DNA of 64,000 bases from positions 39,618,001 to 39,682,000 of the forward strand of contig OZ024743.1 of NCBI GenBank assembly GCA_964016885.1. The letters are read 5' to 3'. The position numbers were made by a program, and so were the translations under genes. Positions within the stretch are counted from its first letter, which is position 1. Each line of letters starts with the position of its first letter. Positions 1 through 12,654 of the stretch are shown piece by piece. Below the pieces are notes generated by a model. That model saw only the letters and a program-made list of their open reading frames with translations, ran no database searches and was not told the DNA's origin. This stretch comes from Eledone cirrhosa (Eukaryota).

Positions 1-165
1 TAGAGGGTCGGGCGCCATGCTTTCCAGCATGGTTGCGTCCCTATACGATCTGAGTTCAAATCCCGCCGAGGTTAACTTTGCCTTTCATCCCTACGAGGTC
101 GATAAATAAAGTACCGGTAATGCACTGGTTAATTTCTGGCCTTGTGCCTAATGTAGAAACTGTTA
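1..165 (+). mobile_element. tRNA-derived SINE (octopus OK/OR-like), cut by window edge
   Basis: B-box GAGTTCAAATCCC at ~52-64, then GAGGTTAACTTTGCCTTTCATCC...GTCGATAAATAAAGTACC...GGCCTTGTGCC, shared with copies at 668-772, 1718-1910 and 63628-63823. Confidence 0.8.
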
Positions 166-667
166 TATAATAATACATGTAGAAATAAACACAGTAAATT
201 GTGTGTCTAAAATTACGAGGGTTGAAATACCACATTGGTTTGATAAATTTAACCTAAAGCAATCGGAAGATATAGAATATATATACAGATCTTCTCAATA
301 ACTATTTCATCTCTCGGGGGGCAGATTAGATATTTAATGTTTGCCCTGAAAATTCTGTTTGTAACATATAATCCGTAGGCTTTCCTCAGCGAGAGATAAG
401 ATCAGATGGAACAAACACATACAACTAAATGCCACACGAATGAATATCTCACTTCGTGTGCTGGACGTTAGAAGTGGTGTGAGTGGATATGCTAAAAATA
501 ATAGCCTTAATACACCCAACTTATAAGCTCACCTAGTTTGGGAGCCGAAATACAAATAAAATCTACCGTTTGCTTCAGGTTAATTTTATCAAACCAATGT
601 GGTATTTCAACCCTCGTAATTTTTGACACCCAATTTACTGTGTTTATTTCTACATATATTATTATAT

Positions 668-772
668 AATTGTTTCTACTTTTGGCACAAGGCCAGCAAT
701 TACCCAGTGCATTACTGGTACTTTATTCTATCGACCCCGGAAGGATGAAAGGCAAAGTTAACCTCGGCGGTA
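668..772 (-). mobile_element. Partial SINE (3' half), inverted relative to the copy at 1-165
   Basis: Reverse complement of CCGCCGAGGTTAACTTTGCCTTTCATCC...TACCAGTAATGCACTGG...GGCCTTGTGCC. Confidence 0.75.
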
Positions 773-991
773 TTTATACTTTGAGCTTGTTAATTGCAGG
801 TTATCACTATCAGGTAGTAACTCTGTATTTTATTTGTATTTAGGCTCCCTAAATAGGTGAGCTTATAAGTTGGGTGTATTAAGGCTATTATTTTTAGCAT
901 ATCCACTCAGACCACTTCTAACGTCCAGCGCACGAGGTGAGATATTCATTCGTGTGGCTTTTTGTTGTATGTGTTTGTTCCATCTGATCTT

Positions 992-1080
992 ATCTCTCGC
1001 TGAGGAAAGCCTACGGATTATCTGTTAAAAACACAATTTTCAGGGTGAAACAGATTAAATCTCTAATCTGCCCGAGAGAT
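992..1080 (+). ncRNA. Type I hammerhead ribozyme motif, extended stem II, cleavage triplet mutated to GCC
   Basis: Stem I ATCTCTCG/CGAGAGAT (8 bp), core CTGAGGA, GAAA, stem III CAGATTA/TAATCTG; degenerate inverted copy at ~309-397. Confidence 0.7.
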
Positions 1081-1296
1081 GAAATAGTTATTGACACGGT
1101 ATGTATATATATTCTATATCTTCCGTTTGCTTCAGATTAAATTTATCAAACCAATGTGGTATGTCAACCCTCGTAATTTTAGACACACAATTTACTGTGT
1201 TTATTTCTACACATATATATATATATGTGTGTGCGCTGGACGTTAGTGGTGGTGTGAGTGGATATGCTAAAAATAATAGCCTTAATACACCCAACT

Positions 1297-1436
1297 AGAA
1301 ATGGAAGACCAAGGTTAACGTATGTTGATGCCCTAAGGACAGACACTGGTCTGTTGGAGTCGCAGGACATGGCAGCGATAATGAGGGACATAGACCGCTG
1401 GAGAGAACTCGTCCATGGATCTTTACCCGCCTTAGA
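1297..1436 (+). mobile_element. 3'-terminal fragment of RTE LINE, same family as 8519-9799
   Basis: Encodes [39 protein letters not shown] and ends TTTACCCGCCTTAGAT directly into (TA)n. Confidence 0.85.
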
Positions 1437-1446
1437 TATATATCTA

Positions 1447-1491
<45 letters not shown>

Positions 1492-1717
1492 TTACTCCTT
1501 GATATTGACCTTCTCGGTTCATTACACATCCAATAAAGCATGCTTGCTTAATTTCTTTGCAGTTACAGCCCGTTTCACTACCATGCAGTATCACACTTCA
1601 CACATACGTATCATACAGCCTTCCTTTTCATGTCAACACTGGCTTTAGCTCAGTAAACTTCTTCCATCCTATCCTAATTCTAGCTATCATACGTTCACCT
1701 TTGTGTTATATAAAATA

Positions 1718-1910
1718 GAGTGGTGGATGTGTAGTATCAATAGAGGGTCTGACGCCATGCCTTGCAGCAAAGAGTTACGGCCCTTTATGGTCTGAGTTCA
1801 AATCCACCAGAGGTTAATTTTGTCTTTCATCCTTACAGTGTTGATAAAATAATGCACCAGTAATACACTGGAATAAGTGTTGGCCTTGTGCTAAAGAAGA
1901 AACAGTTATA
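1718..1910 (+). mobile_element. tRNA-derived SINE, diverged full-length copy
   Basis: GAGTTCAAATCC B-box, CTTTCATCC, GATAAAATAATGCACCAG and GGCCTTGTGC motifs. Confidence 0.7.
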
Positions 1911-3359
1911 TAAAATGGAATGTTCTCTTTATTCTTAAGAAACGCAACCAAAACAAAACTATTTGTTCTGGCTTCGTGCGTTCTAAATTCGAATGATATC
2001 AGCTGTCACAGAACAAAATGTGACCTAATAGATCTAGAGCCCTTTTCACTAAAACACATGGGAGGCCGGCGAAACAATGTTGGCTGATTAGGTAACACGG
2101 CTGATTAGGTAACACGGACAAAATGTTTTCTAATATTTAGACTAGTCACGTTGCTCCATGAGCTCAGATGTCACCGATGACATTCCCGTTTTTCCTTCCA
2201 TCATTTTGAATTTTTGAGAAAATAAATACATGTGAAGTAGTAATTAATATTGATATACTCGACAATCCATTTACCCCAGAATGACATGGTCTTTTACTAA
2301 AATAAAGAATCGTAGTTGATGCTAAATAAGAGTGGTTGCTTAGGTGGATCGATAGCGTGTCAGACAAAATAATTCGTGATAGGTAACTCTGCTTTTTTAC
2401 GTTGTGAGATTACATTCCACCGAAGTCTATTTACCCTTTTATTTATTTATTTTGGGGGTGGGGCTACTCTAATAACATAAGTACTAATCAATTACTGTGA
2501 TATCCTTTCGATCGAAATTCTCTCTATCAAAAAACGTACGGGACATGATGAAGGGATTCTTAAAGCAATTATAACAATAACAAATATATATATACATTTA
2601 TTATATTATATTATAATATAATATATACACATATATATATATATATATATTATATTATATTACATTATATATATATATTAGTAATCGACCACCACAAATC
2701 TAATCCAACATCGTCCGATCAAAACACTACTCCACTAAACATAACATTTAACATCATAAAGCAACGCCGTCCACAGGCTAATCAACGAAATCTGACAGAA
2801 ACCCGTAACCAAGTAATGCATGTGCAGCAAAATTAACATCTCATAGATACCCAAAACCTTAATAAAAAAAAACATCTTATTATAGTGATATTAAGATGAC
2901 AAACCAGGCAAAAAATCACCTTCAATATCCTGGCTGTGACTACTGGATAGATTAGCACAATATAAACTGCAAAATCATAAAAACACAGCAATAATACCTA
3001 ATAGCAATCGCCCATGCATCCTAACCCCTCTTTCGACCGAGGAAAGAATGTTAAACAATATTAACTGAAATCTGAAATAACAACACTAGAAATTTAGCAT
3101 GAAAAACACGAATCAAAATAAATAATTAAATTCAGATCCCCGCAAAAATCGAATTGCACCAAACTAATTGTAGGATCCGGAAACACTCCGCAATTACATT
3201 AAAATCACCATTCAAACCCATACCTTGAAAATAGATCATATACAATAGAATTGGAAACTAAGATAAACAAATATATTAGTAATCGTCAAACATTCAAACA
3301 CCACCCTACGATATGACAATGATTCCCTACAGCAATATTCGAAAACAGAGAATAAGCAC

Positions 3360-3570
3360 AGTGATGCCTTGTTAAACTTCTATTGTAGCAATGGCCTCTA
3401 TTAGTTCAAGCACACATACATCCATAAATATAAATGGTATGAGGGTAATCAGGAAAAGGGAGCAATAATTGATTTCGATATTGTCTCTCATCGTTTCGAT
3501 TCTTTGATGGATGTTCGTGTTAAGAGAACGACTGAGCTGTGAATGATTACAATCTAGTTATCAGCAATTG
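3360..3570 (+). pseudogene. Decayed RTE-type apurinic endonuclease fragment
   Basis: Manual translation gives LLNFYCSNGL...IIDFDIVS...LMDVRVKRTTEL* then DYNLVIS after a frameshift, resembling the APE C-terminal IDF...DTRV.RGAE..TDH.LV motif. Confidence 0.55.
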
Positions 3571-4299
3571 GAGATGACCTAAAGCCAAAGAACCCCACAT
3601 AACTGGCAAGCCCATGGTGACCTGCTGAATTTATTTCAATCGTACACACACACACACACACACACACAGACACACACACATACATAGTCAAGCGCGCGGA
3701 CACACACACACATATATATATATATAATAGAATGGAAAAGGAAAAATCAGTGATGCATCGGAACTCAATTTATTGTGTGTTATAATTGTTTCCCGGGCTA
3801 ACAGCTCGACGTGCGATCCGTCTGTGGATCTACCTGACTCTAGTTTCTGAAAACCCCAGAAAGAGGATATGATCCGAAATCAAAAGACACCGGCTTATCT
3901 CTACACTATATATAATACACCCCATGACAGCTTTTACATGTCAATTTTATACATCTGCCTCATGTCAGCTAGTTTTACACGCTAAAGTCGTAGATATACT
4001 ATGTTTCTTACCTAAATTGATGTTGTGATTATTTCAAATAATTTATTGCTAGCACTGTTAGTATTGTTGTTATTGTTCTGATTGAATGCCATTACTACTA
4101 TATAAAGTAGCCATGCCTGTATATTCCTTTCATTCTCACAAGCTCCGATGAATTGACTGGTTACAACTATGTATTGGTGATCGAATGACGTGGAAAGAAG
4201 CGGGAAGCGATCTCTGACCTGCCAGTTTAGAGAAACAATTGTCAGCAATGAGATTAAAAACCTTTTTTGTATATCAAGCCGTTCACTCTTCTTTCCTGA

Positions 4300-4336
<37 letters not shown>

Positions 4337-4389
4337 AACAAGGAAGGAGATATATATATATATATATATATATATAAACAACAAGGAAG

Positions 4390-4469
<80 letters not shown>

Positions 4470-4674
4470 CTTCCTTGTTGTTTTATGTCCCGCTCGCTTT
4501 ACGCGATTTACTTGTCTCAATAGCTTTATTTAGCTATTGCTCGCACCAACCGGAGGTATATGATTTTTAAAGCAATGAAATACCAATGAAGGTTGGAAAA
4601 TCACTGACGAAGGACTATTTTTATCACATGTACCCCTTGTGCAACCACGCAGTATTCTTTCTTCTCATGTTTAA

Positions 4675-4770
<96 letters not shown>

Positions 4771-4789
4771 GATAACAGATTAAAGATTA

Positions 4790-4882
4790 AGCAAATAATC
4801 GCTGCTTTCACTCTTAACGGGATATTCTGAAACTCTGAGTTCCAGAAGATCCCGTTAAGGGTGAAAGCAGCGATTCTTTGCT
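4790..4882. repeat. ~93-bp near-perfect hairpin (mini-MITE-like)
   Basis: AGCAAATAATCGCTGCTTTCACTCTTAACGGGAT.TTCTG...CAGAAGATCCCGTTAAGGGTGAAAGCAGCGATTCTTTGCT. Confidence 0.85.
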
Positions 4883-5124
4883 AAAACTTTAATCTGGTCT
4901 TGTAATAAATGTGTATGTATATATATATATATAAGACATATATATAAGTATATATAATATGTTGAGAAGGTAACACACCAGAGAGAGATATATAGTGCGT
5001 TATCAATAATACAGGGAAAAAAACCACCAGTGTATGGAATCTATAACCTATGAAAGGCAGACTATAGGCACGATAATTAAAAATATAAATTGAAGCGTAA
5101 ATAAATACCTTTATAACAATATAA

Positions 5125-5202
5125 CACACGTACAAATCCGAAGATATGTTTCACCAAAAAATTGTTGAAAGAAATGGTCTAATCTCGGTTCATCAGCGTG
5201 TG
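5125..5202 (-). ncRNA. Type I hammerhead ribozyme
   Basis: rc: CACACG CTGATGA ACCGAGATT...AATTTTTTGGT GAAA CATATC-TTCG-GATTTG TA CGTGTG. Confidence 0.85.
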
Positions 5203-5645
5203 TAAGGCCATACATTTCAGACAACACTAAGAGAATGTTACAATTGACTGTCCAGCTACACGTGGGAGAGAGAAGTCACAGCGTGTTTAAGAGCAGTGAA
5301 CCAGTGGCCTCTGAGAGACGAACTGCTAGAAAGGGCAGCCCAAAGCCACTCAGAGAAGTGTGCTCAACCGAACAGAGATAGGAAAGTCACACTATTTACA
5401 GGGAATAACGACGGCCTATGCCTCCGTTAATTTATCGTGATATTTCGCTCCTAACAACAGTCTTTCCTATCTCTGTTCGGTTGAGCACACTTCTCTGAGT
5501 GGCTTTGGGCTGCCCTTTCTAGCAGTTCGTCTCTCAGAGGCCACTGGTTCACTGCCCTTAAACACGCTGTGACTTCTCTCTCCCACGTGTAGCTGGACAG
5601 TCAATTGTAAAATTCTCTTAGTGTTGTCTGAAATGTATGGCCTTA

Positions 5646-5723
5646 CACACGCTGATGAACCGAGACTAGACCATTTCTTTCAACAATTTTTTTGTGAAAC
5701 ATATCTTCGGATTTGTACGTGTG
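5646..5723 (+). ncRNA. Type I hammerhead ribozyme, cUUCGg-capped stem III, GUA cleavage after 5717
   Basis: Stem I CACACG/CGTGTG, core CTGATGA at 5652-5658, GAAA at 5696-5699. Confidence 0.85.
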
Positions 5724-5992
5724 TTATATAGTTATAAAGGTATTTATTTACGCTTTAATTTATATTTTTAATTATCGTGTCTATTGTCTGCCTTTCATAG
5801 GTTATAGATTCCATACACTGGTGGGTTTTTTTCCCTGTATTATTGATAACGCACTATATATCTCTCTCTGGTGTGTTACCTTCTCAACATATTATATTTT
5901 AAAGGGCTCAGGATCTCTTCCCCTTTGAGCACATTATTTACAGGGAATAACGACGGCCTATGCCTCCGTTAATTTATCGTGATATATAAGTT

Positions 5993-6048
<56 letters not shown>

Positions 6049-6139
6049 TGTGCGTGTGTGTGTGTGCGTGTGTCTATATATATATATACCATTGGCCAAT
6101 GGTATATATATATAGACACACGCACACACACACACACAG

Positions 6140-6201
<62 letters not shown>

Positions 6202-6215
6202 ATATATATATAGAC

Positions 6216-6263
<48 letters not shown>

Positions 6264-6271
6264 ACACACAC

Positions 6272-6312
<41 letters not shown>

Positions 6313-6743
6313 CGTGTGTGTGTGTGCGTGTGTCTATATATATATATATACCATTGGTCAATGGAGACAATATTAGTGGATACTTGCCTAAGTCTTCGAA
6401 GTGTGACTGAACATGAAACCACATGGTAGCGAAGCAAACATCACGCCCCGTTAGCCATTAAAATTGTAATTGCATAATTGTATGATTTAATCACCTCATC
6501 TTAGTATTCAACGGTGATTTTCAGTTCAAAACTAGATATTATCTTACGTTTATTTTCATATTTGAATAACACAGAACATATGTGTCCTTTGCTTGGTATA
6601 TGTAAAAATATTCAATGATTTTCATAGCTTGCATAAACCTTTATTATAATAATATCGTTGTTTCACCAAAGATCTCTATCGAACTTCAAGGAAATGGTAT
6701 TATTCACAATATGAGTATATATATATATGTGTATGTATATATC

Positions 6744-6815
<72 letters not shown>

Positions 6816-6878
6816 TGTGTGTGTGTTAGTGTGTGTGACTCTGTGTGTGCATATATGTATAAAGTGAGAGAGGGAGAG

Positions 6879-6917
<39 letters not shown>

Positions 6918-7491
6918 TACAGAGAGAAATAGAGAGAGAGAGAGAGTGGTGCGGAGATTTACGACTACATGCACCGTCTCCTCTCTTTCAAACGTAACAG
7001 CGATTTTTAGTTCTATTGTGATTTATTGGTTTGAAGATAACCGACATTTTGAAAACAAATATTTCCTTATTTCCGACGACCAGTGTAACCTACTATAAAC
7101 TAAATTTCCTTTTTATCGCATAAGATTTTTTCAATGGTTATTTACTTTTGCAAACGCAGAAATGCTGTATATGTATATTTTTTGAACAAGGAGAAAACAA
7201 CGTAAGTAATAGGCCTTTTATGTGTTTCGATACATATCATTGGCTAAGATAACTTCCACTCACAATTGAATTCTTATCTGAGTCATTTGCCAGATGTATA
7301 GCTTATTCACTTCCTTCGCTACACATTTTTCAGGATATTAAGAACAGGCAGCAAAGGATGTTTAGAAAGTCTCGCCGTTCAATAATGTTGGTGATGGGCT
7401 TAACAATAATAATAATAAAAATAATAATAATACACGCAGTCACACACATACACATACTCATGCACGCACGCACACACTCACACTCATTCGA

Positions 7492-7637
<146 letters not shown>

Positions 7638-7861
7638 TCATTAAAACAACAAGAGATGGCCGGACTGGCAAACCTTAAATATTTTAATTCTAGGAAACCA
7701 CTATATATATTTCGATGGCCCAACTCTGTCATCCGGCTATGGTGCAAGAGAAGGCCATTTGATCAGGTTTAATTTGCAGGAATATGTATAACCCATCCCA
7801 ATCACTACACTTTCCTACCACCAGAATATATACAAAATAACACCATATTACTTGGACAGCT

Positions 7862-7910
7862 GCTTCCTGATGATTTCTCCCGAATGAAATAGTTCTAGTC
7901 CTGTGGAAGC
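7862..7910 (+). ncRNA. Hammerhead motif, likely inactivated (triplet GTG)
   Basis: GCTTC CTGATGA TTTC-TCCC-GAAT GAAA TAG...CTG TG GAAGC. Confidence 0.65.
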
Positions 7911-8235
7911 CTTTCTATATTAAAGATGTATATTCTGCTTTGTATTGAGTACCTTACTTACTGTGGTTACCCGCGATTGAACCAGGGATAAACTTATCTT
8001 TTAGCACTCTTTGTGCCCCTCTTAACCATCAACAAGAGACCATGCTAACCAAACTCGACCTCGATGTCTCCATGAAGAACATCCTGATCCTCTTCAAGGA
8101 AATAAACTTAAACACACTCATCAGAAGAATTCCCTTTTCTTTAAAACCATCAACCAATGACATCCACCCAACCCAATCACCACCATCTCTTACCCACAGA
8201 AAATATATAAATACCACCATATTACTTGGACAGCT

Positions 8236-8284
8236 GCTTCCTGATGATTTTTCCCGAATGAAACAGTTCTAGTCCTGTAGAAGC
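8236..8284 (+). ncRNA. Compact type I hammerhead ribozyme
   Basis: GCTTC CTGATGA TTTT-TCCC-GAAT GAAA CAG-TTCTAGTC-CTG TA GAAGC. Confidence 0.8.
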
Positions 8285-8391
8285 CTTTCTATAATAAATA
8301 TTTATACTCTGCTTTGTATTGAGTACCTTACTTACTGTGGTTACCTCGATTGAACCTGGGATAAATTTATATATATATATATATATATATA

Positions 8392-8450
<59 letters not shown>

Positions 8451-8456
8451 CATATA

Positions 8457-8514
<58 letters not shown>

Positions 8515-8518
8515 ACAT

Positions 8519-9799
8519 CTAAGGCGGGTAAAATTCCCGAGATCCATGGACGAGTTCTCTCCAGCGGTCTCTGTCCCTCATTATCGCTGCCATGTCCTGC
8601 GTCTCCAACAGACCAGTGTCTGTCCTTAGGGCATCAACATATGTTAACCTTGGTCTTCCTCTTCCAGTGTGTCCATGTAGGGGCTCCCAAAGGAGCACGG
8701 AGTGCAATGTCAACTCTGGATGTCGGTGAGCATGTCCAGCCAACCTCAGTCTCCTCTGTGTCACTTTTGAGCTGACTTTTGGGAGGCTCCCATACAGCTC
8801 TGAGTTTTTCATCCTCAGTGTATACTGATTAATGTTCAGAGCCATCCTCAGCATTCTCGTGTAGCACCCATCCACCATCTGAGTGAGTCTCTTGGTCAGT
8901 GTCCAAGTCTCAGACCCATACAGCAGCACAGACTCCACTACAGCAATGAAGAGGCGGATTTTCAGGTCTCTACGAAGGTCCGACTTCCACACCGATCTCA
9001 AGCTGTGGCACGCCGCCCAGGCCTTGCTCTTCCTCTCAACCACATCATCTTCCGTATTCCCAATCTTTGCTCCCAAATACAGGAAGTCCTCAACCAATTC
9101 CAGCGGCTTCCCGCCTACATTAGTGATCCCCTCTGGCTTCTCAACATTCTCTACCAGATATTTTGTTTTAGTCTCATTCATTCTCAGCCCCACACTCATC
9201 GACACAGTCTCAACCTCCCGCATCAAATCCTCTGCCTCCTTCACTGTATTTGTCACCAAAACTATGTCGTCGGCAAATTCAGCATCCGATACCTTTTTCG
9301 CCCCAACTCTCCTGCTCTGAGCCGGTGCTACAGTAAAGCCAGAGTCCTGGTGTTTCTCCAGTGCAAGGCGCATACAATAGTCCACTACGATGATAAAAAG
9401 GTAGGGAGCCAATGTATCTCCCTGGAGCACTCCAGCCAGTATCTCAAAGAACTCTGTCATCCCATCAGGTGTAATGACTTGGGCTTTGGTGTTGGTGTAG
9501 AGCAGTGATATCAGGTCCACTATCCTCTTGGGGATTCCATAAGCCTGTAAGATCTTCATCAGGCAGTAACGGTCCACAGAATCAAAGGCCTTCCTAAAGT
9601 CAATGAAAACCATGACCGCAGGAAGGCACTTTGCTCTAGCTCCCTCTAATATCCTCCTCAGCATCAGGATGTGACTGGTGGTTGATCTACCCTCTCTGAA
9701 GCCGTTCTGGTTGTCCCTGAGCTTCTTCTCCATCTCAGGCTGGATCCTGTTAAGAATCATCCTGTTGAGGGTCTTTGCCACAAGTGTATATATATTCAT
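8519..9799 (-). CDS. RTE-clade non-LTR retrotransposon reverse transcriptase, 5'-truncated but uninterrupted; true element boundary ~9785
   Basis: [51 protein letters not shown] and GRPR motifs; no APE domain; stop followed almost immediately by (TA)n. Confidence 0.92.
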   Translation of the reverse strand: MNIYTLVAKTLNRMILNRIQPEMEKKLRDNQNGFREGRSTTSHILMLRRILEGARAKCLPAVMVFIDFRKAFDSVDRYCLMKILQAYGIPKRIVDLISLLYTNTKAQVITPDGMTEFFEILAGVLQGDTLAPYLFIIVVDYCMRLALEKHQDSGFTVAPAQSRRVGAKKVSDAEFADDIVLVTNTVKEAEDLMREVETVSMSVGLRMNETKTKYLVENVEKPEGITNVGGKPLELVEDFLYLGAKIGNTEDDVVERKSKAWAACHSLRSVWKSDLRRDLKIRLFIAVVESVLLYGSETWTLTKRLTQMVDGCYTRMLRMALNINQYTLRMKNSELYGSLPKVSSKVTQRRLRLAGHAHRHPELTLHSVLLWEPLHGHTGRGRPRLTYVDALRTDTGLLETQDMAAIMRDRDRWRELVHGSREFYPP

Positions 9800-9946
9800 T
9801 TATTCAGGTTTGAGGTTCACCACTTGATAGAGCTGGTCTATTCCGTATGGTCAATCGTAATGTAATAATGTAGAGAGTACTCAACGTAAAGCAGTTCAAC
9901 CGTCTTTGTTTTTGTAGTTGGTGGTTCTATTACGGAGTTAAATATT

Positions 9947-10640
9947 ATAATGAAATGACTGGAGGCTGGATTTGTGTGTAAATCCTTGAAAGGTTTATTA
10001 TACTATGATCATTTCAATGACGGGTTCCGTATGAATCCGGTGATATCATCAGGTATTCGAAATATAATACGTGACTGTAATAGATAAAATCCATGGGGCT
10101 GAAAATCAAGGACCCGAGGGCGATCGCTATCCTGTAACTTCTATCTGACCGGTAGTAGTTGTTTAGATACGGGTCCCGTAGAATAAAAAAAATTTCTTCG
10201 CGACAATCCTGGCCTGACTGTAATACCGACCTTTCCTCCTATTTCTTTCTGACTTTCTTCTTATAGCTGACATTAACCCTGGCTTCTCTTCTTCTTCCTT
10301 CCCCCTTCTTCTCACTCCCTCCTTTCTTTCTTTCTTTTGTCTTGTGGCATAATATTAACGCTAACTTATGTTCCCATCCCTTTCTGTTTTCCTTTATCTG
10401 ACCAGTACTAGCACACAGTAAGCTTTAGCCAAGTCACTCGAGGGCGACCGGCTAAGGTAGAAGGTAGAGGATAGCGATCGCCCTCGGGTCCTCGATTTTC
10501 AGCCCCATGGATTTTATCTAGTACATGCACGTATTATATTTCGAATACCTGATGATATCACCGGATTCATACGGAACCCGGTCATTTAAATGATTATAGT
10601 ACAAAAGGATTTACACAAATCCAGCCTCCTGTCATTTCAT

Positions 10641-10644
<4 letters not shown>
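9947..10644. mobile_element. Foldback element with ~185-bp inverted arms (9947-10132 / 10469-10644) carrying HHR motifs
   Basis: Reverse-complement arms around a pyrimidine-rich spacer; ends in (TA)n. Confidence 0.8.
10000..10056 (-). ncRNA. Type I hammerhead motif with palindromic stem III (TGATCA)
   Basis: rc: ATAC CTGATGA T-ATCACCGGATTCATACGGAACCCGTCAT-T GAAA TGATCA TA GTAT; the + copy at 10545-10601 has GAAA changed to TAAA. Confidence 0.65.
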
Positions 10645-10689
<45 letters not shown>

Positions 10690-10691
<2 letters not shown>

Positions 10692-12540
10692 AACACGTAT
10701 GACACCAACGGCAGAGCTCAAGCCGTTTCGACGGCTATTTCTGGACTAGAACATAATTTTTAGCCTGCTAAATAAATAGCCGAACTTCGGTGGGGGTATT
10801 ACCTTATATGGGAAGATAGTAATTGTCGAGAGGATTAGTCAAACATTTGTTGTGAAGAGAGATCATGGCATTTGGTGGGAGTTAGGGGTGGCTGAACTTG
10901 CCGGTAGAACAAAGAGGGAGTGGGGGAAAGCAGATACGCGTTGAAATTGAAATCTATACAGAAGATTATAAGGATAGTGTATAAAAGGTCGTAAGAAGTG
11001 TGCTGGAGAAGAGGAGGGGGGGGTTGGAAGAATAGGCAAATGGAAAAGGAGTAAAAAGAAAATCCATTATAAAAATAAGGAAATAAATATATAAAAACAA
11101 TTTCTGGTTACTACTCCATTTATACGATCACCAAATTTCTCATTGATATTGCTAAGCTGTAGAAAAGTTTAATAGGTGGAGAATGGGAAAAATACTAAAT
11201 ACGATATTGTAGTGAAATAATTTGATAAAGCCGGCTTAACAGGGAGTCTAACACCGCTGCTATAGATAGTTAGTAATCAGTCAATGATATCTTACAATGA
11301 CGGATTAATAAGTTGAGAACAAACATACTAAAATACTATTACAAAAATATTAATACTAATACAAAAATACTAATACAAAAATACCACTAAGAAATTTAGA
11401 AACCATAGAAATAGAGCAGCAACCAAAAAGAAAAAAAAATTACTGGGGTCTAACACATTTGCTATAAAAAGTGTAATCGGCCAATTTTATCTTAAAATTA
11501 GGACTTACCTCGCCCTCAAACCCCATAATGACCCGGGGTGGGGCGTGTGTGTGTTTCCTTCTTCCACCCATCTCTTCCTAGTCCTTCCACACCAGATCTC
11601 CTTCCTCGTCTCTTTTTTTCACCTTTCGCCTACCCCGATGCAGCCCATCGGTCCTCTGTAGCCTCAGTACCCCACCCCCCTAATTGTAAGATAGAATTGG
11701 CCGATTACGCTTTTTATACCAGATGTGTTAGACCCCATTATTTTTTTTTATTTTTGGTTGCTGCTCCATTTCTATGGTTTCTAAATTTGTTAGTAGTATT
11801 TTTGTATTAGTATTAATATTTTTTGTAATAGTATTTTAGTATTTTTGTTCTAAACTTATTAAACTGTCATTTTAAGATAGCATTGGCTGATTACTAAATA
11901 TCTAGAGCAGCAGTGTTAGACTCCCTGCAAAGCCGGCTTTATCAAATTATTTCACTACAATATCGTATTTAGTATTTTTCCCATTGTCCACCTATTAATC
12001 TTTTTCTTTAGCTTAGCAATAGCAATGACAAATTTGGTGATTGTAGAAATGGAGTAGTAACCAGAAAAAATTTGTTTTTATATATTTATTTCCTTATTTT
12101 TATAATGGATTTTTTTTTACTCCCTTCGATTTACCTATTCTTCCAACTACCCTCCTCTTCTCCAGTACACCTTTTTCGACCTTTTATACACTATACTTAG
12201 AATCTGCTGTATAGATTTCAATTTCAACGCATCTCTGGGTTCACTCTACTCACTCTTTTTTTCTAGCGGCAAGTTCAGCCAGCCCTACCTCCCACCAAAT
12301 GCCATGATCTGTCTTTACAACAAATGTTTGACTATTCCTCTCGACAATTACTATCTTCCCATATAAGTTGAGCTATTTATTTACCAGGCTAAAAATTCAT
12401 ATTTAGTCCAGAAATAGCCGTCGAAACGGCTTGAGCTCTGCTGTCGGTGACATACGTGTTCTTATTACCCACTCTACTACCCTAAGTATTGAGTACTTTG
12501 GTGCGTTATGGTCCATCTGGTTCCTCACCACAATTCCTTC
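10690..12540. mobile_element. 5'-inverted 3'-UTR remnant of a PLE related to the 38260-42015 element (arms 10690-11495 / 11685-12460)
   Basis: 11500-11545 matches the rc of the ORF end at 39535-39580 (AGGACTTACCTCG.CCTCAAACCCCATAATGAC); 12415-12540 matches 41888-42010; bounded by (TA)n. Confidence 0.8.
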
Positions 12541-12542
12541 GT

Positions 12543-12654
<112 letters not shown>

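Larger units (their letters stand above)
170..1296. mobile_element. Rearranged non-coding HHR-bearing repeat (~375-bp unit at 840-1215 on +, inverted copy 170-545, partial copies 565-660 and 1230-1296)
   Basis: Reverse-complement identity between segments; near-identical spurious ORFs at 334-519 and 1088-1294 reflect the duplication. Confidence 0.7.
4952..5900. mobile_element. Foldback element: ~430-bp inverted arms (4952-5388 / 5459-5900), each with an HHR
   Basis: Arms are near-identical reverse complements; flanked by (TA)n; no ORF. Confidence 0.85.
7830..8370 (+). mobile_element. Partial tandem (~374-bp period) non-coding HHR repeat, retrozyme- or pLTR-like
   Basis: 7830-7995 is repeated at 8204-8370, each copy with an HHR; flanked by (TA)n on the right. 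Confidence 0.75.

Noticed and set aside
50-66. tRNA gene suggested by the B-box
   Set aside because: Part of a repeated SINE; no cloverleaf
6380-6436. GAAA-CCACATGG-TA-GCGAAG half-hammerhead
   Set aside because: CUGANGA core is missing (CTAAGTC); a similar weak candidate at ~15016 was also dropped
8883-9508. ORFs of 145 and 167 aa on + over the RTE
   Set aside because: Antisense shadows of the RT coding strand; the same applies to shadow ORFs over the PLE genes
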